Positions 6,950 to 15,741 of a stretch of 44,895 nucleotides of DNA are shown here, piece after piece. Location: the sequence record NC_047899.1; one strand, given 5' to 3'. The position numbers were made by a program, and so were the translations under genes. This DNA comes from Escherichia phage VEc3. Under the pieces are notes generated by a model. It searched no databases, was not told the origin of the DNA, and was given only the letters and a program-made list of their open reading frames with translations. Position 1 is the first letter of the stretch. Each line of letters opens with the position of its first letter.

Positions 6950-8938
6950 ATGGCTATTATTCAGAATGTACCGTGTCCTGCCTGTCAAAAGAATGGACAT
7001 GATATTACTGGCAACCATCTTATGATATTTGAGGATGGCGCTGGTTACTGTAACCGTGGTCACTTCCATGATAACGGTAAACCTTATTACCACAAGCCGG
7101 AAGGTGGCATCGAGATAACCGAGTTACCTATTACTGGCAATATCAAATATACACCTTCTCAATTCAAAGAAATGGAGAAGGAAGGGAAGATAAGCGACCC
7201 TAAGCTACGCGCCATCGCACTTGGTGGTATGCGTATGAAAGACCGTTGGGAGGTTATGAATGAGCAAGAAAGGGCAGACCAAGAAGCAGAGTGGAAACTT
7301 GATGTTGAATGGTTCCTCACGCTTAAGCGTAAGAACCTTGTATCCCGTCACATTCGAGGTGACATCGCAGCAATGTACGATGTGCGCGTTGGACACGATG
7401 AAGAGGGAAGAGTCAACCGTCACTATTATCCACGATATGAAAAGGGTGTGCTTGTTGGAGCAAAATGCCGGACGTTGCCGAAGGATTTTAAGTTCGGACA
7501 CCTAGGTAAACTCTTTGGTATGCAAGATCTTTTCGGTATGAACACTTTGTCTCACGTGTTAGACAAGGGGAGACGAAAGGATTGCTTGCTTATTGTAGGC
7601 GGTGAACTTGATGCACTAGCAGCGCAGCAGATGCTCCTTGATTCTGCCAAGGGTACTAAGTGGGAAGGCCAGCCATACCATGTATGGTCTGTCAACAAAG
7701 GTGAGTCTTGCCTTGAAGAGATAGTGCAGAACCGTGAGCATATCGCCCAATTCAAGAAGATTATTTGGGGCTTTGATGGGGATGGGGTTGGGCAGAAGCA
7801 GAACCAGCAAGCGGCTCGCCTGTTTCCCGGCAAATCCTATATCCTTGAATATCCTTCTGGTTGCAAAGATGCCAACAAGGCATTGATGGCTGGCAAGGCT
7901 AAAGAATTTGTGGATGCTTGGTTTAATGCAAAGTCATCTGATGAAGTCTTTGGTAGCCAGATTAAATCTATCGCATCTCAAAGAGATAAGCTCAAGGCTG
8001 CACGTCCAGAACAAGGGCTGTCATGGCCTTGGCCTAAGCTAAACAAGGTAACACTGGGTATCCGTAAGAACCAGCTTATCATTATAGGTGCAGGCTCTGG
8101 TGTAGGTAAGACTGAGTTCCTCCGTGAAGTAGTTAAGCATCTCATTGAAGAACACGGTGAATCTGTAGGCATCATTTCTACAGAAGACCCGATGGTCAAG
8201 GTGTCCCGTGCTTTTATCGGTAAGTGGATTGATAAGCGTATTGAGTTACCTCCAACCAATGACCCGAAAGAAGACGGATACCGTGAGGTGTTCGACTACA
8301 CCGAGGAAGAAGCTAACGCCGCCATTGATTATGTAGCTGATACAGGTAAGCTGTTTGTAGCTGACCTAGAAGGTGACTATTCGATGGAGAAGGTAGAGCA
8401 AACTTGCCTAGAGTTTGAGGCCATGGGTATTTCTAATATCATCATTGATAACTTAACGGGGATTAAATTAGATGAGCGTGCTTTTGGTGGGAAGGTTGGT
8501 GCACTTGATGAATGCGTCAAGCGGATTGGTACTATCAAAGACAGACACCCAGTTACTATATTCCTTGTATCACACCTTACACGTCCTCCGGCAAACCGTA
8601 CCCAACACGAAGAAGGTGGCGAGGTTATCCTTTCTGACTTCCGAGGCTCAGGAGCTATCGGATTCTGGGCATCTTACGCCTTGGGGATTGAGCGTAATAC
8701 AAGAGCTGAAACGCTTGACGAAAGGACTACCACGTATATCTCATGTGTCAAAGATCGCGACCAAGGTATCTTCACCGGAACCAAGATTATGCTTAAGGGT
8801 GATATTCAAACCGGACGTTTGAGAGAACCACAGGCTAGAACAAGGTCATTTGATACAGGTGAAGCAAGGCAACAAGAAGTGCCGGATTTACCGGACACTA
8901 TAGAAGAGACAACTTTTGACGATGAACAGGAGTTTTAA
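6950..8938 (+). CDS. DNA primase/helicase (gp4-like)
   Basis: 662 aa; N-terminal Cys4 zinc ribbon (CPACQ...CNRGHFH); Walker A GAGSGVGKT; acidic C-terminus ending ...DDEQEF. Confidence 0.9.
   Translation: MAIIQNVPCPACQKNGHDITGNHLMIFEDGAGYCNRGHFHDNGKPYYHKPEGGIEITELPITGNIKYTPSQFKEMEKEGKISDPKLRAIALGGMRMKDRWEVMNEQERADQEAEWKLDVEWFLTLKRKNLVSRHIRGDIAAMYDVRVGHDEEGRVNRHYYPRYEKGVLVGAKCRTLPKDFKFGHLGKLFGMQDLFGMNTLSHVLDKGRRKDCLLIVGGELDALAAQQMLLDSAKGTKWEGQPYHVWSVNKGESCLEEIVQNREHIAQFKKIIWGFDGDGVGQKQNQQAARLFPGKSYILEYPSGCKDANKALMAGKAKEFVDAWFNAKSSDEVFGSQIKSIASQRDKLKAARPEQGLSWPWPKLNKVTLGIRKNQLIIIGAGSGVGKTEFLREVVKHLIEEHGESVGIISTEDPMVKVSRAFIGKWIDKRIELPPTNDPKEDGYREVFDYTEEEANAAIDYVADTGKLFVADLEGDYSMEKVEQTCLEFEAMGISNIIIDNLTGIKLDERAFGGKVGALDECVKRIGTIKDRHPVTIFLVSHLTRPPANRTQHEEGGEVILSDFRGSGAIGFWASYALGIERNTRAETLDERTTTYISCVKDRDQGIFTGTKIMLKGDIQTGRLREPQARTRSFDTGEARQQEVPDLPDTIEETTFDDEQEF
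8886..8908 (+). promoter_or_regulatory. Phage RNAP promoter embedded in the primase/helicase 3' coding sequence
   Basis: ATTTACCGGACACTATAGAAGAG, full consensus; +1 G at 8903; encodes ...DLPDTIEE... Confidence 0.65.
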
Positions 8939-9099
8939 TGGAAATTATTAAACCAGTATTGAATATCGGTATTGAGATCCTATTCATGCTTGTGATCGCA
9001 GATTATGCTGCACGATATGGCTTCAAGAAAGCAGTGAAACTTATCGTTGCATCTGGTTTTATGATGTCAATGTTCTTTATTGTAACACGCCTTATCTAG
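8938..9099 (+). CDS. Small membrane protein (53 aa)
   Basis: ATG overlaps the primase stop (TAATG); two hydrophobic segments. Confidence 0.4.
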   Translation: MEIIKPVLNIGIEILFMLVIADYAARYGFKKAVKLIVASGFMMSMFFIVTRLI

Positions 9100-9116
9100 T
9101 GTATTTATCAGGGCTT

Positions 9117-9132
9117 GTCTCACATGTGAGAC
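9117..9132. repeat. 16-bp perfect palindrome GTCTCACATGTGAGAC (copy 3)
   Basis: Extended stem GCTTGTCTCACA/TGTGAGACAGGC, followed by TCTTATT. Confidence 0.8.
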
Positions 9133-9171
9133 AGGCTCTTATTAAGTACATTAAATAACTGGAGATTGATT

Positions 9172-9855
9172 ATGTATAAATTAGTATTGAATGTAGGTGA
9201 TTATGTTCGTAACATCAATGAAGCCTCACGTCGTTATCGTTGCCGTGGTGTAGTGGCTCGTGTAAGTGAGAACATGTATCATGTAGAATATGATGAGGGT
9301 ATTAAGGCTTCTTATCACAAGAAAACCGCACATAAATATCTTGAAAAGGTTGTAGAGGTAAGCAATCAATGTAAGTGCATACATGATGAGGTTTGCGATA
9401 AATGTGCTCGCCAGATGCTTAAGAATTTCCTAGCCCCTCTTTATTATGGTGCTGGTCCTCAAACACTAGCAGAGTACATGGCAGAAAAGAAAACCACACT
9501 CAAGAAAGAGCGTCGCAATGTAATCACTGGTAAGACTCAGAGTGAGATGATTAAGCAATGTGGCACTGCATTAGGTGTTACACAGTTCAATACTCGTGCA
9601 TTGGGTAAATCCACAGGACAAGCTATGGTGAAAATTGGTGAAGCTATGATGCACCCAAATGTGCCTGTGCGAATCTTGGATGTTGACCATGCAATCACAG
9701 AGCATGGCACACCACGGCGTGTAGCTAATGATCATTTCGCCGACACTATAGAAGGTATTATTCGTAAGCAAGGGTTGAAAGGTCTTCACATCTTGAATGA
9801 TGAAGAGTTACTGTACCTCCCTATTGTTACTGAAGAAACATACGTGAATATCTAA
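9172..9855 (+). CDS. Hypothetical protein (227 aa), Cys-containing
   Basis: Track ORF 9166-9855 (TTG); ATG 9172 preferred (GGAG 7 nt upstream); no family recognised. Confidence 0.6.
   Translation: MYKLVLNVGDYVRNINEASRRYRCRGVVARVSENMYHVEYDEGIKASYHKKTAHKYLEKVVEVSNQCKCIHDEVCDKCARQMLKNFLAPLYYGAGPQTLAEYMAEKKTTLKKERRNVITGKTQSEMIKQCGTALGVTQFNTRALGKSTGQAMVKIGEAMMHPNVPVRILDVDHAITEHGTPRRVANDHFADTIEGIIRKQGLKGLHILNDEELLYLPIVTEETYVNI
9734..9756 (+). promoter_or_regulatory. Candidate phage promoter inside CDS (ATTTCGCCGACACTATAGAAGGT)
   Basis: Conserved -12 to +5 core GACACTATAGAAG, upstream half diverged. Confidence 0.35.
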
Positions 9856-9865
9856 GGAGTTAATC

Positions 9866-10084
9866 ATGACTAAGGTATTAATTTATATGCGTGGACCTCA
9901 TAAATGCTATGCAGTTGTAGCACCAAATGGTGTTAAGCCTTATAGTACTTCAAAAGGATTGGCATTAATAGGTGCTAGTAGTAGTGCAAGTTTCCAAATG
10001 GAACTTTTTGGTCATTGGACTGAAAGGCAATTCCGTGAGGATTTTAAAGTCATTGGCAGCTTCATGGTGAAATATGCAGAATAA
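9866..10084 (+). CDS. Hypothetical protein (72 aa)
   Basis: Track ORF; AAGGAG RBS. Confidence 0.5.
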   Translation: MTKVLIYMRGPHKCYAVVAPNGVKPYSTSKGLALIGASSSASFQMELFGHWTERQFREDFKVIGSFMVKYAE

Positions 10085-10250
10085 ACATAGTCTTAGAATG
10101 TTCGATGGTCATGAAGACCTGCAAGCCAAGATTACTAACCAAGCCTTCCTGTTCGCACAGTTAACTATGGCTGAGGCCAAGAAGAATAGTCTCACTCGTG
10201 AACAGGTTATCAAGGAAAGTGAAGTGAAACGTAAGATTCGCAGTCGATAA
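10074..10250 (+). CDS. Small ORF (58 aa), hypothetical
   Basis: ATG 10074 overlapping upstream gene end; no clear RBS. Confidence 0.3.
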   Translation: MQNKHSLRMFDGHEDLQAKITNQAFLFAQLTMAEAKKNSLTREQVIKESEVKRKIRSR

Positions 10251-10260
10251 GTCAAGGGTT

Positions 10261-10276
10261 GTCTCACGTGTGAGAC
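10261..10276. repeat. Palindrome variant GTCTCACGTGTGAGAC (copy 4)
   Basis: One central change; extended stem GGTTGTCTCAC/GTGAGACAGCC then TTTTAT. Confidence 0.7.
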
Positions 10277-10307
10277 AGCCTTTTATCATGTTGATTGGAG
10301 GTGCATT

Positions 10308-10415
10308 ATGCCACGTGATTATGATTCTGATTGGGACTATTATGACTCAATGAATCCAAAACCCGAACGTTCAGATGATTACTACGAAACAGAGGTAATG
10401 TATGAAGACTATTGA
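10308..10415 (+). CDS. Small acidic ORF (35 aa), hypothetical
   Basis: GGAGG RBS 6 nt upstream; overlaps DNAP start by 14 nt. Confidence 0.35.
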   Translation: MPRDYDSDWDYYDSMNPKPERSDDYYETEVMYEDY

Positions 10416-12948
10416 TTGGAAGAAGGAGGCAGAAGGTCGTATCCTCGTGATGGATGCGGAAGCTAAAGGACTCCTTGACGCTATCCGATATGGACACCGT
10501 GAAGATGTGCATATCATTTGCTGCATGGACTTGCTTACTACCGAGGAGTTTCTCTTCTTCGACCCGTATGAGATGCGTGACCCTGAAGCAAGAGAACGCC
10601 TGAAGGAATGGGAAGGTCATCAAGACGGAACCTTGGTTGATGGTGTTAACTTCCTGAAGCATTGTGAAGCTATTGTGTCACAGAACTTCCTAGGGTATGA
10701 CGGACTTCTCTTTGAGAAAGCATTCCCTGATATTTGGAAAGGCTTTAACTATACCGAGAAGCGCGGTAAGGGCAGACTCCGTGCTGACCTGTGCCCGGTG
10801 CGAGTCATGGATACGCTGGTGATGAGTCGCCTGTTAAACCCCGATAGACGCCTTCCTCCGCAAGCATATGCCAAAGGTATGGGTAACGTCGCCCCTCACT
10901 CAATTGAGGCGCACGGCATCCGTATAGGTCGCTATAAACCGGAGAACGAGGACTGGTCTAAACTAACTGACCACATGGTTCACCGTGTACGTGAGGACGT
11001 GGCGATTGGTCGTGACCTATTCCTCTGGCTATTTAACGGAGAATGGACGGAGCACAAACGCCGTGGCGTGAATAAACGCACTGGCCTAGGTATTGAGACA
11101 GCCTTCCACATGGAGTCCATTGTGGCGCTGGAGATGAGCCGTCAGGCCGAGCGCGGGTTCCGTCTGGACATCGACAAGGCTTTGGCCCGATGCGAAGAAT
11201 TGGACGCTAAGATTGATGAGACAGTCGCAGCGTTCCGCCCTCACATGCCTATGCGTATCAAGTCTAAACCTTTTAAACCGGAAGAAAAGAATGAAGTATG
11301 CCAACGCGCAAATGAGTATGGAGCTAGCAACAATATACCTACTGTCCTTGACCCCTCACACTTTCTTCATGCCGAGAGACGAGGAGATCGCAAGACAGTA
11401 TGGAGTGTCACTACTAAGTCTGGTGATTGGTCGGCTAGTGTCAAGAAAGACTTTCCTCACCTTAGAGGAAACCGTAATGACACGCCAAGCATCAAGTGGA
11501 TTGGCGCTTACTCGCCTGTTACTTTCGAAGAGATCCCCTTGGGTAACAGGGGTACAGTTAAGCAAGTGCTCTATGAGTATGGATGGAAAGGTGTTGAATT
11601 TAACGATACCGAGCAAGCTCATCTCGATGAGCACGGAGTGTTACCAAAACCTTGGAGTGGTAAGATAAATGAAAAGTCCCTCACTTTATGGCAAGAAAGA
11701 GCCGCACGTGAAGGTAAAACAGTCCCTGATTGGTGCTTGGGTATCGCTGCATGGTACATATTCGTATCCCGTCGTGGTCAGATACTCAACCGTGGTGACG
11801 TTGAAGCCTTCAACGAGAAGGGAACGTGGCCCTCGCAGGCTGGTGTACGAAAGTGTCGCGGCCTTGTACCTGTAGCATTCAACAAGGAGCTAGGAATCAA
11901 TGCGCAGCAATACTACGAGAGGTACGGATGTTGGCCTACGTCTGACAAAGATGACGGAGAGTGGCGTGTTCCAGCTGTTGCTATTAGTATTGGCACTTCT
12001 ACGTTCCGTATGCGTCATCGTAACGTGGTTAATATTCCTGCCCGTGGCTTGTATCCTTTACGTGATTTATTCATAGCAGGGAAAGGCAAGCTAATCCTTG
12101 GTTGTGACGGTGCAGGTCTTGAACTGCGTGTCCTGTCTCACTTCATGAATGACCCTGAGTACCAAGAGATTGTACTGCACGGTGATATTCATACGCATAA
12201 CCAGATGAAGGCTGGTCTTCCTAAGCGTGATATGGCGAAGACGTTTATATACGCCTTCCTCTATGGTTCTGGTATAGCCAACCTTGCAGCAGTCTGCGGT
12301 GTTACTGAGGAAGAAATGAAGGAAGTTGTGGCAAGATTCGAGATTGAACTACCGTCTCTTGCACGTCTTCGTGAGAATGTTATCGCACAAGGTAACAAGT
12401 TTGGCTACCTGCAAGCACCTGATGGGCATTGGGGTCGCATCCGCATGTCTGGTGGTGAACTTAAAGAGCACACGATGCTTAACGTATTACTCCAGATGAC
12501 TGGCTCTTTGTGTATGAAATATGCATTAGTCAAGGCATTTGCAGTAATGCGCAAGGAAGGTGTAGCTTTGGATGCTATGGGAAATCCTTGTGGTGTGGCT
12601 AACGTGCATGATGAAATCCAGATGGAAGTTCCTGAAGAGGAGGTCTTGTATCTTAACTACGACCTACCTTTCACCTTAGATGGGTTCGAAACAGAGAAGG
12701 CTGCTGTGAAAGCAGTTTTCGATGCAGAGGAGAAACGTGTTCATGTGGATTCTGAAGGACGTATGTGGTCTGCTGCAAACCTCGTTAGCGTTGATGCTGA
12801 TGCTGGTGTATTGCATTGCCAGCGCCGTTATCACCGTGCAGGTCATATCATTGCCGAAGCCATGACTTGGGCAGGGCAGTATCTGAAGATGCGTTGCCCG
12901 ATGGCAGGAGAATATAAGATTGGCGCAAGCTGGAAGGAAACACACTGA
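10402..12948 (+). CDS. DNA polymerase (family A, T7 gp5-like)
   Basis: 848 aa; exonuclease and polymerase blocks (GxDGAGLELRVLSHF, HGDIHTHNQ, KTFIYAFLYGSG, VHDEIQ). Confidence 0.93.
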   Translation: MKTIDWKKEAEGRILVMDAEAKGLLDAIRYGHREDVHIICCMDLLTTEEFLFFDPYEMRDPEARERLKEWEGHQDGTLVDGVNFLKHCEAIVSQNFLGYDGLLFEKAFPDIWKGFNYTEKRGKGRLRADLCPVRVMDTLVMSRLLNPDRRLPPQAYAKGMGNVAPHSIEAHGIRIGRYKPENEDWSKLTDHMVHRVREDVAIGRDLFLWLFNGEWTEHKRRGVNKRTGLGIETAFHMESIVALEMSRQAERGFRLDIDKALARCEELDAKIDETVAAFRPHMPMRIKSKPFKPEEKNEVCQRANEYGASNNIPTVLDPSHFLHAERRGDRKTVWSVTTKSGDWSASVKKDFPHLRGNRNDTPSIKWIGAYSPVTFEEIPLGNRGTVKQVLYEYGWKGVEFNDTEQAHLDEHGVLPKPWSGKINEKSLTLWQERAAREGKTVPDWCLGIAAWYIFVSRRGQILNRGDVEAFNEKGTWPSQAGVRKCRGLVPVAFNKELGINAQQYYERYGCWPTSDKDDGEWRVPAVAISIGTSTFRMRHRNVVNIPARGLYPLRDLFIAGKGKLILGCDGAGLELRVLSHFMNDPEYQEIVLHGDIHTHNQMKAGLPKRDMAKTFIYAFLYGSGIANLAAVCGVTEEEMKEVVARFEIELPSLARLRENVIAQGNKFGYLQAPDGHWGRIRMSGGELKEHTMLNVLLQMTGSLCMKYALVKAFAVMRKEGVALDAMGNPCGVANVHDEIQMEVPEEEVLYLNYDLPFTLDGFETEKAAVKAVFDAEEKRVHVDSEGRMWSAANLVSVDADAGVLHCQRRYHRAGHIIAEAMTWAGQYLKMRCPMAGEYKIGASWKETH

Positions 12949-13064
12949 TGGATAGGCTTGACATTATTTGCCTATTCTTCACTCTCTTTCTTACACTCCT
13001 TATGCTTGCTTGTTATGGGAGTATGAGACTAGATATACCTGATGAAGAAGAGGGTTACGACTAA
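12948..13064 (+). CDS. Small membrane protein (38 aa)
   Basis: ATG overlaps DNAP stop (TGATG); hydrophobic core LFFTLFLTLLMLACY. Confidence 0.35.
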   Translation: MDRLDIICLFFTLFLTLLMLACYGSMRLDIPDEEEGYD

Positions 13065-13162
13065 TGCAAACTGCTTTTATTATTCTTGGTATCATATTAT
13101 TTATGGTAGTACTCTGGGCCTTCTCTGGCATTGACCCGGATTGTGATGGTAACTACGACTGA
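13064..13162 (+). CDS. Small membrane protein (32 aa)
   Basis: TAATG overlap with upstream ORF; hydrophobic ILGIILFMVVLWAF. Confidence 0.35.
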   Translation: MQTAFIILGIILFMVVLWAFSGIDPDCDGNYD

Positions 13163-13230
13163 GTTATACTCAAGGTCACTTACGAGTGGCCTTTATGGAT
13201 AACTTATCCCTACTTATTTTGTCTAACATG

Positions 13231-13253
13231 ATTTACTGGACACTATAGAAGGA
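13231..13253 (+). promoter_or_regulatory. Phage RNAP promoter (ATTTACTGGACACTATAGAAGGA)
   Basis: Full consensus; +1 G at 13248. Confidence 0.7.
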
Positions 13254-13317
13254 AAGCCTAGACAATCTAGGTTTATAAGGTAGTATAGGTAATTAAGTAA
13301 ATATAGGAGATATAAAC

Positions 13318-13695
13318 ATGTCTATGGTAACTACTCTGGTATTTGTAGCTCAATACTTTCGTGGTCTGGCTAATAAGTTCAAGTCCAAGGCTATCAAAGC
13401 TATTGAGTCTCGCATCGAGGCAGTACAGGCAGAGCAAGTTAAAGTTGAAGAACATCGTAGTTCTAAAATGATTGACTGCCATAACCGCTACTATGCATCT
13501 CGTGATAACCTTAATGCACGCCAAGTCAAAGAGGTTGAAGAGATGCTGGCACGTCACCAGCAAGAGCGCGACAGTCTGAAAGCTGAATTTGAAGAGAACA
13601 AGGCATCCATCGCCCTTGTACATCAAGCCGCATCTGACAGCCTGAAGAAAGAGATTGTTATGCTGGAAATTGAGTTAGACAACCTGACCAAATAA
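13318..13695 (+). CDS. Hypothetical coiled-coil protein (125 aa), N-terminal hydrophobic segment
   Basis: Track ORF; AGGAG RBS. Confidence 0.55.
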   Translation: MSMVTTLVFVAQYFRGLANKFKSKAIKAIESRIEAVQAEQVKVEEHRSSKMIDCHNRYYASRDNLNARQVKEVEEMLARHQQERDSLKAEFEENKASIALVHQAASDSLKKEIVMLEIELDNLTK

Positions 13696-13716
13696 TTACT
13701 GGACACTATAGAACAA
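13694..13716 (+). promoter_or_regulatory. Phage RNAP promoter (AATTACTGGACACTATAGAACAA)
   Basis: Consensus core; +1 G at 13711. Confidence 0.65.
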
Positions 13717-13857
13717 TAGGTCGGCTTAGTTCGGCCTATGATTGTAAAGTGTTGAACCTTATTGTGCATCTTGCACAACCCGATGCTATATCGGGCTTTC
13801 TAGTGAGTACATGCTTGTGCTCAGTACAAAACTAACTGACAATAGGAGACTAAATAA

Positions 13858-14664
13858 ATGGCACGTGGTGATTTTGATTTTGGTGCTCAGGTTACTAAGG
13901 CTGAAGGTAAAGTATTTAAGAACCCTGAAGTTGGTGATCATGAAGCAGTAATCTCTGGCATCATTCATGTTGGTTCCTTCCAAGATATTTTTAAGAAAGG
14001 TAATACCACTGAGGTTAAGAAGCCAGCAAACTTTGTTCTTGTTAAGATTATCCTGATGGGTGACGACGACAAGAATGAAGATGATTCTCGCATGGAACAG
14101 TGGATGGCTGTGTCTCTGAAGTCTGGTGACAAGGCAACCTTGACTAAGTTCCTGAATGCAGTTGACCCGAAAGAATTACTTGGTGGGTTCGATGATTTTA
14201 TCGGGGAATGCCTGACTGCAACTATGGTTGGCTCTGGTGACAAGAACGATGATGGGTCATTCAAGTATGTTAACTGGAAGGGCTTTGGTGGTATGCCGGA
14301 CAAGCTGAAGAAACTTGTCATTGCTCAGGTTGAAGAGGAAGGTCTGTCTATGACAGGTCATATCACCTTCGACAAGCTGACCAAAGAAATCCTTGATGAC
14401 ATCCCAGCTAACTTGGTGCGTCAATACTTCCTTAATGAAACACCTCGTGGTAAGAACCTGTCTGTTGCTGGTTCTCACGTAGAAGCAATCATTAAAGCTG
14501 CTCGTGAAGAAGACCCAGAGTGGAAGAAAGCCAAGAAGAAAGATGACGAGGATGCTACTCCAGCTAATCGTAAATCTCTGGATACTGGTGAGTCTGTTCC
14601 ACAGGAAGTACCTGAAGCAGAAGATACTCCTGCACCGGAGATGGATGAGGACGCGGAATATTAA
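13858..14664 (+). CDS. Candidate ssDNA-binding protein (gp2.5-like)
   Basis: 268 aa; long acidic C-terminal tail ending ...MDEDAEY with a terminal aromatic, as in T7 gp2.5; strong RBS; assignment by architecture only. Confidence 0.45.
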   Translation: MARGDFDFGAQVTKAEGKVFKNPEVGDHEAVISGIIHVGSFQDIFKKGNTTEVKKPANFVLVKIILMGDDDKNEDDSRMEQWMAVSLKSGDKATLTKFLNAVDPKELLGGFDDFIGECLTATMVGSGDKNDDGSFKYVNWKGFGGMPDKLKKLVIAQVEEEGLSMTGHITFDKLTKEILDDIPANLVRQYFLNETPRGKNLSVAGSHVEAIIKAAREEDPEWKKAKKKDDEDATPANRKSLDTGESVPQEVPEAEDTPAPEMDEDAEY

Positions 14665-14673
14665 GGAGAAAGG

Positions 14674-14892
14674 ATGAAAGTACAAATCGTAACCCTGCAC
14701 TGCAAGAAAGGTATCACAACGCTCGGAGGTAGCACTTTCCACTCTTTCTCCGAAGGGGAGATTTATGCTGACCTGCACTACATCTGGCGCGACGGACAGC
14801 ACGTGGTGAACTACAGCGACCCAGCTACGGGGAAACGCCACGGCGTATCGCTTCCTGCGCATGACATTGCTCAGGTGAACACAGTTTTATAA
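14674..14892 (+). CDS. Hypothetical protein (72 aa)
   Basis: Track ORF; AAGGAG RBS. Confidence 0.5.
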   Translation: MKVQIVTLHCKKGITTLGGSTFHSFSEGEIYADLHYIWRDGQHVVNYSDPATGKRHGVSLPAHDIAQVNTVL

Positions 14893-14893
14893 A

Positions 14894-14909
14894 GTCTCAC
14901 ATGTGAGAC
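14894..14909. repeat. 16-bp perfect palindrome GTCTCACATGTGAGAC (copy 5)
   Basis: Two nt after the upstream stop and 15 nt before the promoter at 14925. Confidence 0.8.
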
Positions 14910-14924
14910 AAATCGGTGTCCGGT

Positions 14925-14947
14925 ATTTACTGGACACTATAGAAGAG
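14925..14947 (+). promoter_or_regulatory. Phage RNAP promoter (ATTTACTGGACACTATAGAAGAG)
   Basis: Full consensus; +1 G at 14942. Confidence 0.7.
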
Positions 14948-14996
14948 AAGAATTTTAATCGGCGATAATGCCACAACTAACAAAGGAGAATTTAAT

Positions 14997-15371
14997 ATGT
15001 TCAAGATTGAAACTATCGTAAACCGTGTTGTTAAAGGTGCTGCTCTGGTATCCGTTGAGTCTTTCATTATCGTCGATGAAGCTGATCAACTGGTAGCTGG
15101 TACTAAGGCTTACGATACCCGTGAAGAAGCTCAGGCTAAGATTGACAGCATGGGTAACTTCGCTGCTGGTCTGGAGTTCGCTCGCGCTTGCTTCCCTGAG
15201 CAGGCTGACAAAGCTCAGATTGGTAAGGCTAATATCGTAGCTGAATATCTGGATTGGATTGCTGCTGGTAAGCCGGTGAAAGAAGTTAAGTCTGCTGAAG
15301 AAGCTGAAGCTCCAGTAGAAGAAGTAGCTGCACCGGTAGATGCTCCGGTAAGCGAAGAAGAAGAGTTTTAA
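14997..15371 (+). CDS. Small acidic-tailed protein (124 aa), own promoter and terminator
   Basis: Track ORF; Ala/Glu-rich; C-terminus ...VSEEEEF; flanked by promoter 14925 and terminator 15378. Confidence 0.6.
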   Translation: MFKIETIVNRVVKGAALVSVESFIIVDEADQLVAGTKAYDTREEAQAKIDSMGNFAAGLEFARACFPEQADKAQIGKANIVAEYLDWIAAGKPVKEVKSAEEAEAPVEEVAAPVDAPVSEEEEF

Positions 15372-15377
15372 TTGATG

Positions 15378-15410
15378 CCCTGTCTGCCTTAGTGTAGGCA
15401 GGGTCTTTTG
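15378..15410 (+). terminator. Terminator hairpin plus U-run
   Basis: CCCTGTCTGCC-TTAGTG-TAGGCAGGG then TCTTTT; same design as 24688. Confidence 0.65.
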
Positions 15411-15435
15411 CGTAATAGTTATTGGAGAATGAATT

Positions 15436-15741
15436 ATGCCGACTATTAAATCTCGTTTAGTAGCAGACTATGTGTATGGTCGTGACTTAAAGTTAATGCA
15501 AGATTACTTTAAAGTAATCATCCTGCTGGATGGAGAAGTGTTTCACACTAAAACATTCACCCTTCCTGAATTGTTTGATTTAGGTTATTGGGGTTATACA
15601 TATCAGGCCATAGCAGACAAGGTGCTACTCAGTGTATTAGAGGAGTGGCCTACATGCGACCAAACTTCGACTTCGGAGCTACAGTATCGGAAGACAATAA
15701 TCTCATCTTGTGGCCAACTGAAGGTAATAGAATCGCTTTAA
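15436..15741 (+). CDS. Hypothetical protein (101 aa), 3' end overlaps the exonuclease start
   Basis: Track ORF; GGAGA RBS; 88-nt overlap with the preferred exonuclease start makes extent uncertain. Confidence 0.4.
   Translation: MPTIKSRLVADYVYGRDLKLMQDYFKVIILLDGEVFHTKTFTLPELFDLGYWGYTYQAIADKVLLSVLEEWPTCDQTSTSELQYRKTIISSCGQLKVIESL

Noticed and set aside
11213-11668. 151-aa + strand ORF in an alternative frame inside the DNA polymerase gene
   Set aside because: Fully nested in the polymerase gene with no RBS; frame artefact.
15588-15653. N-terminal extension of the exonuclease ORF in the supplied track
   Set aside because: The conserved domain starts at MRPNFDFG (ATG 15654), which has an AGGAG RBS; the extension has none. 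Similar extensions were trimmed for 1712 (ocr), 24719, 25441, 27834, 36758 and 40412.
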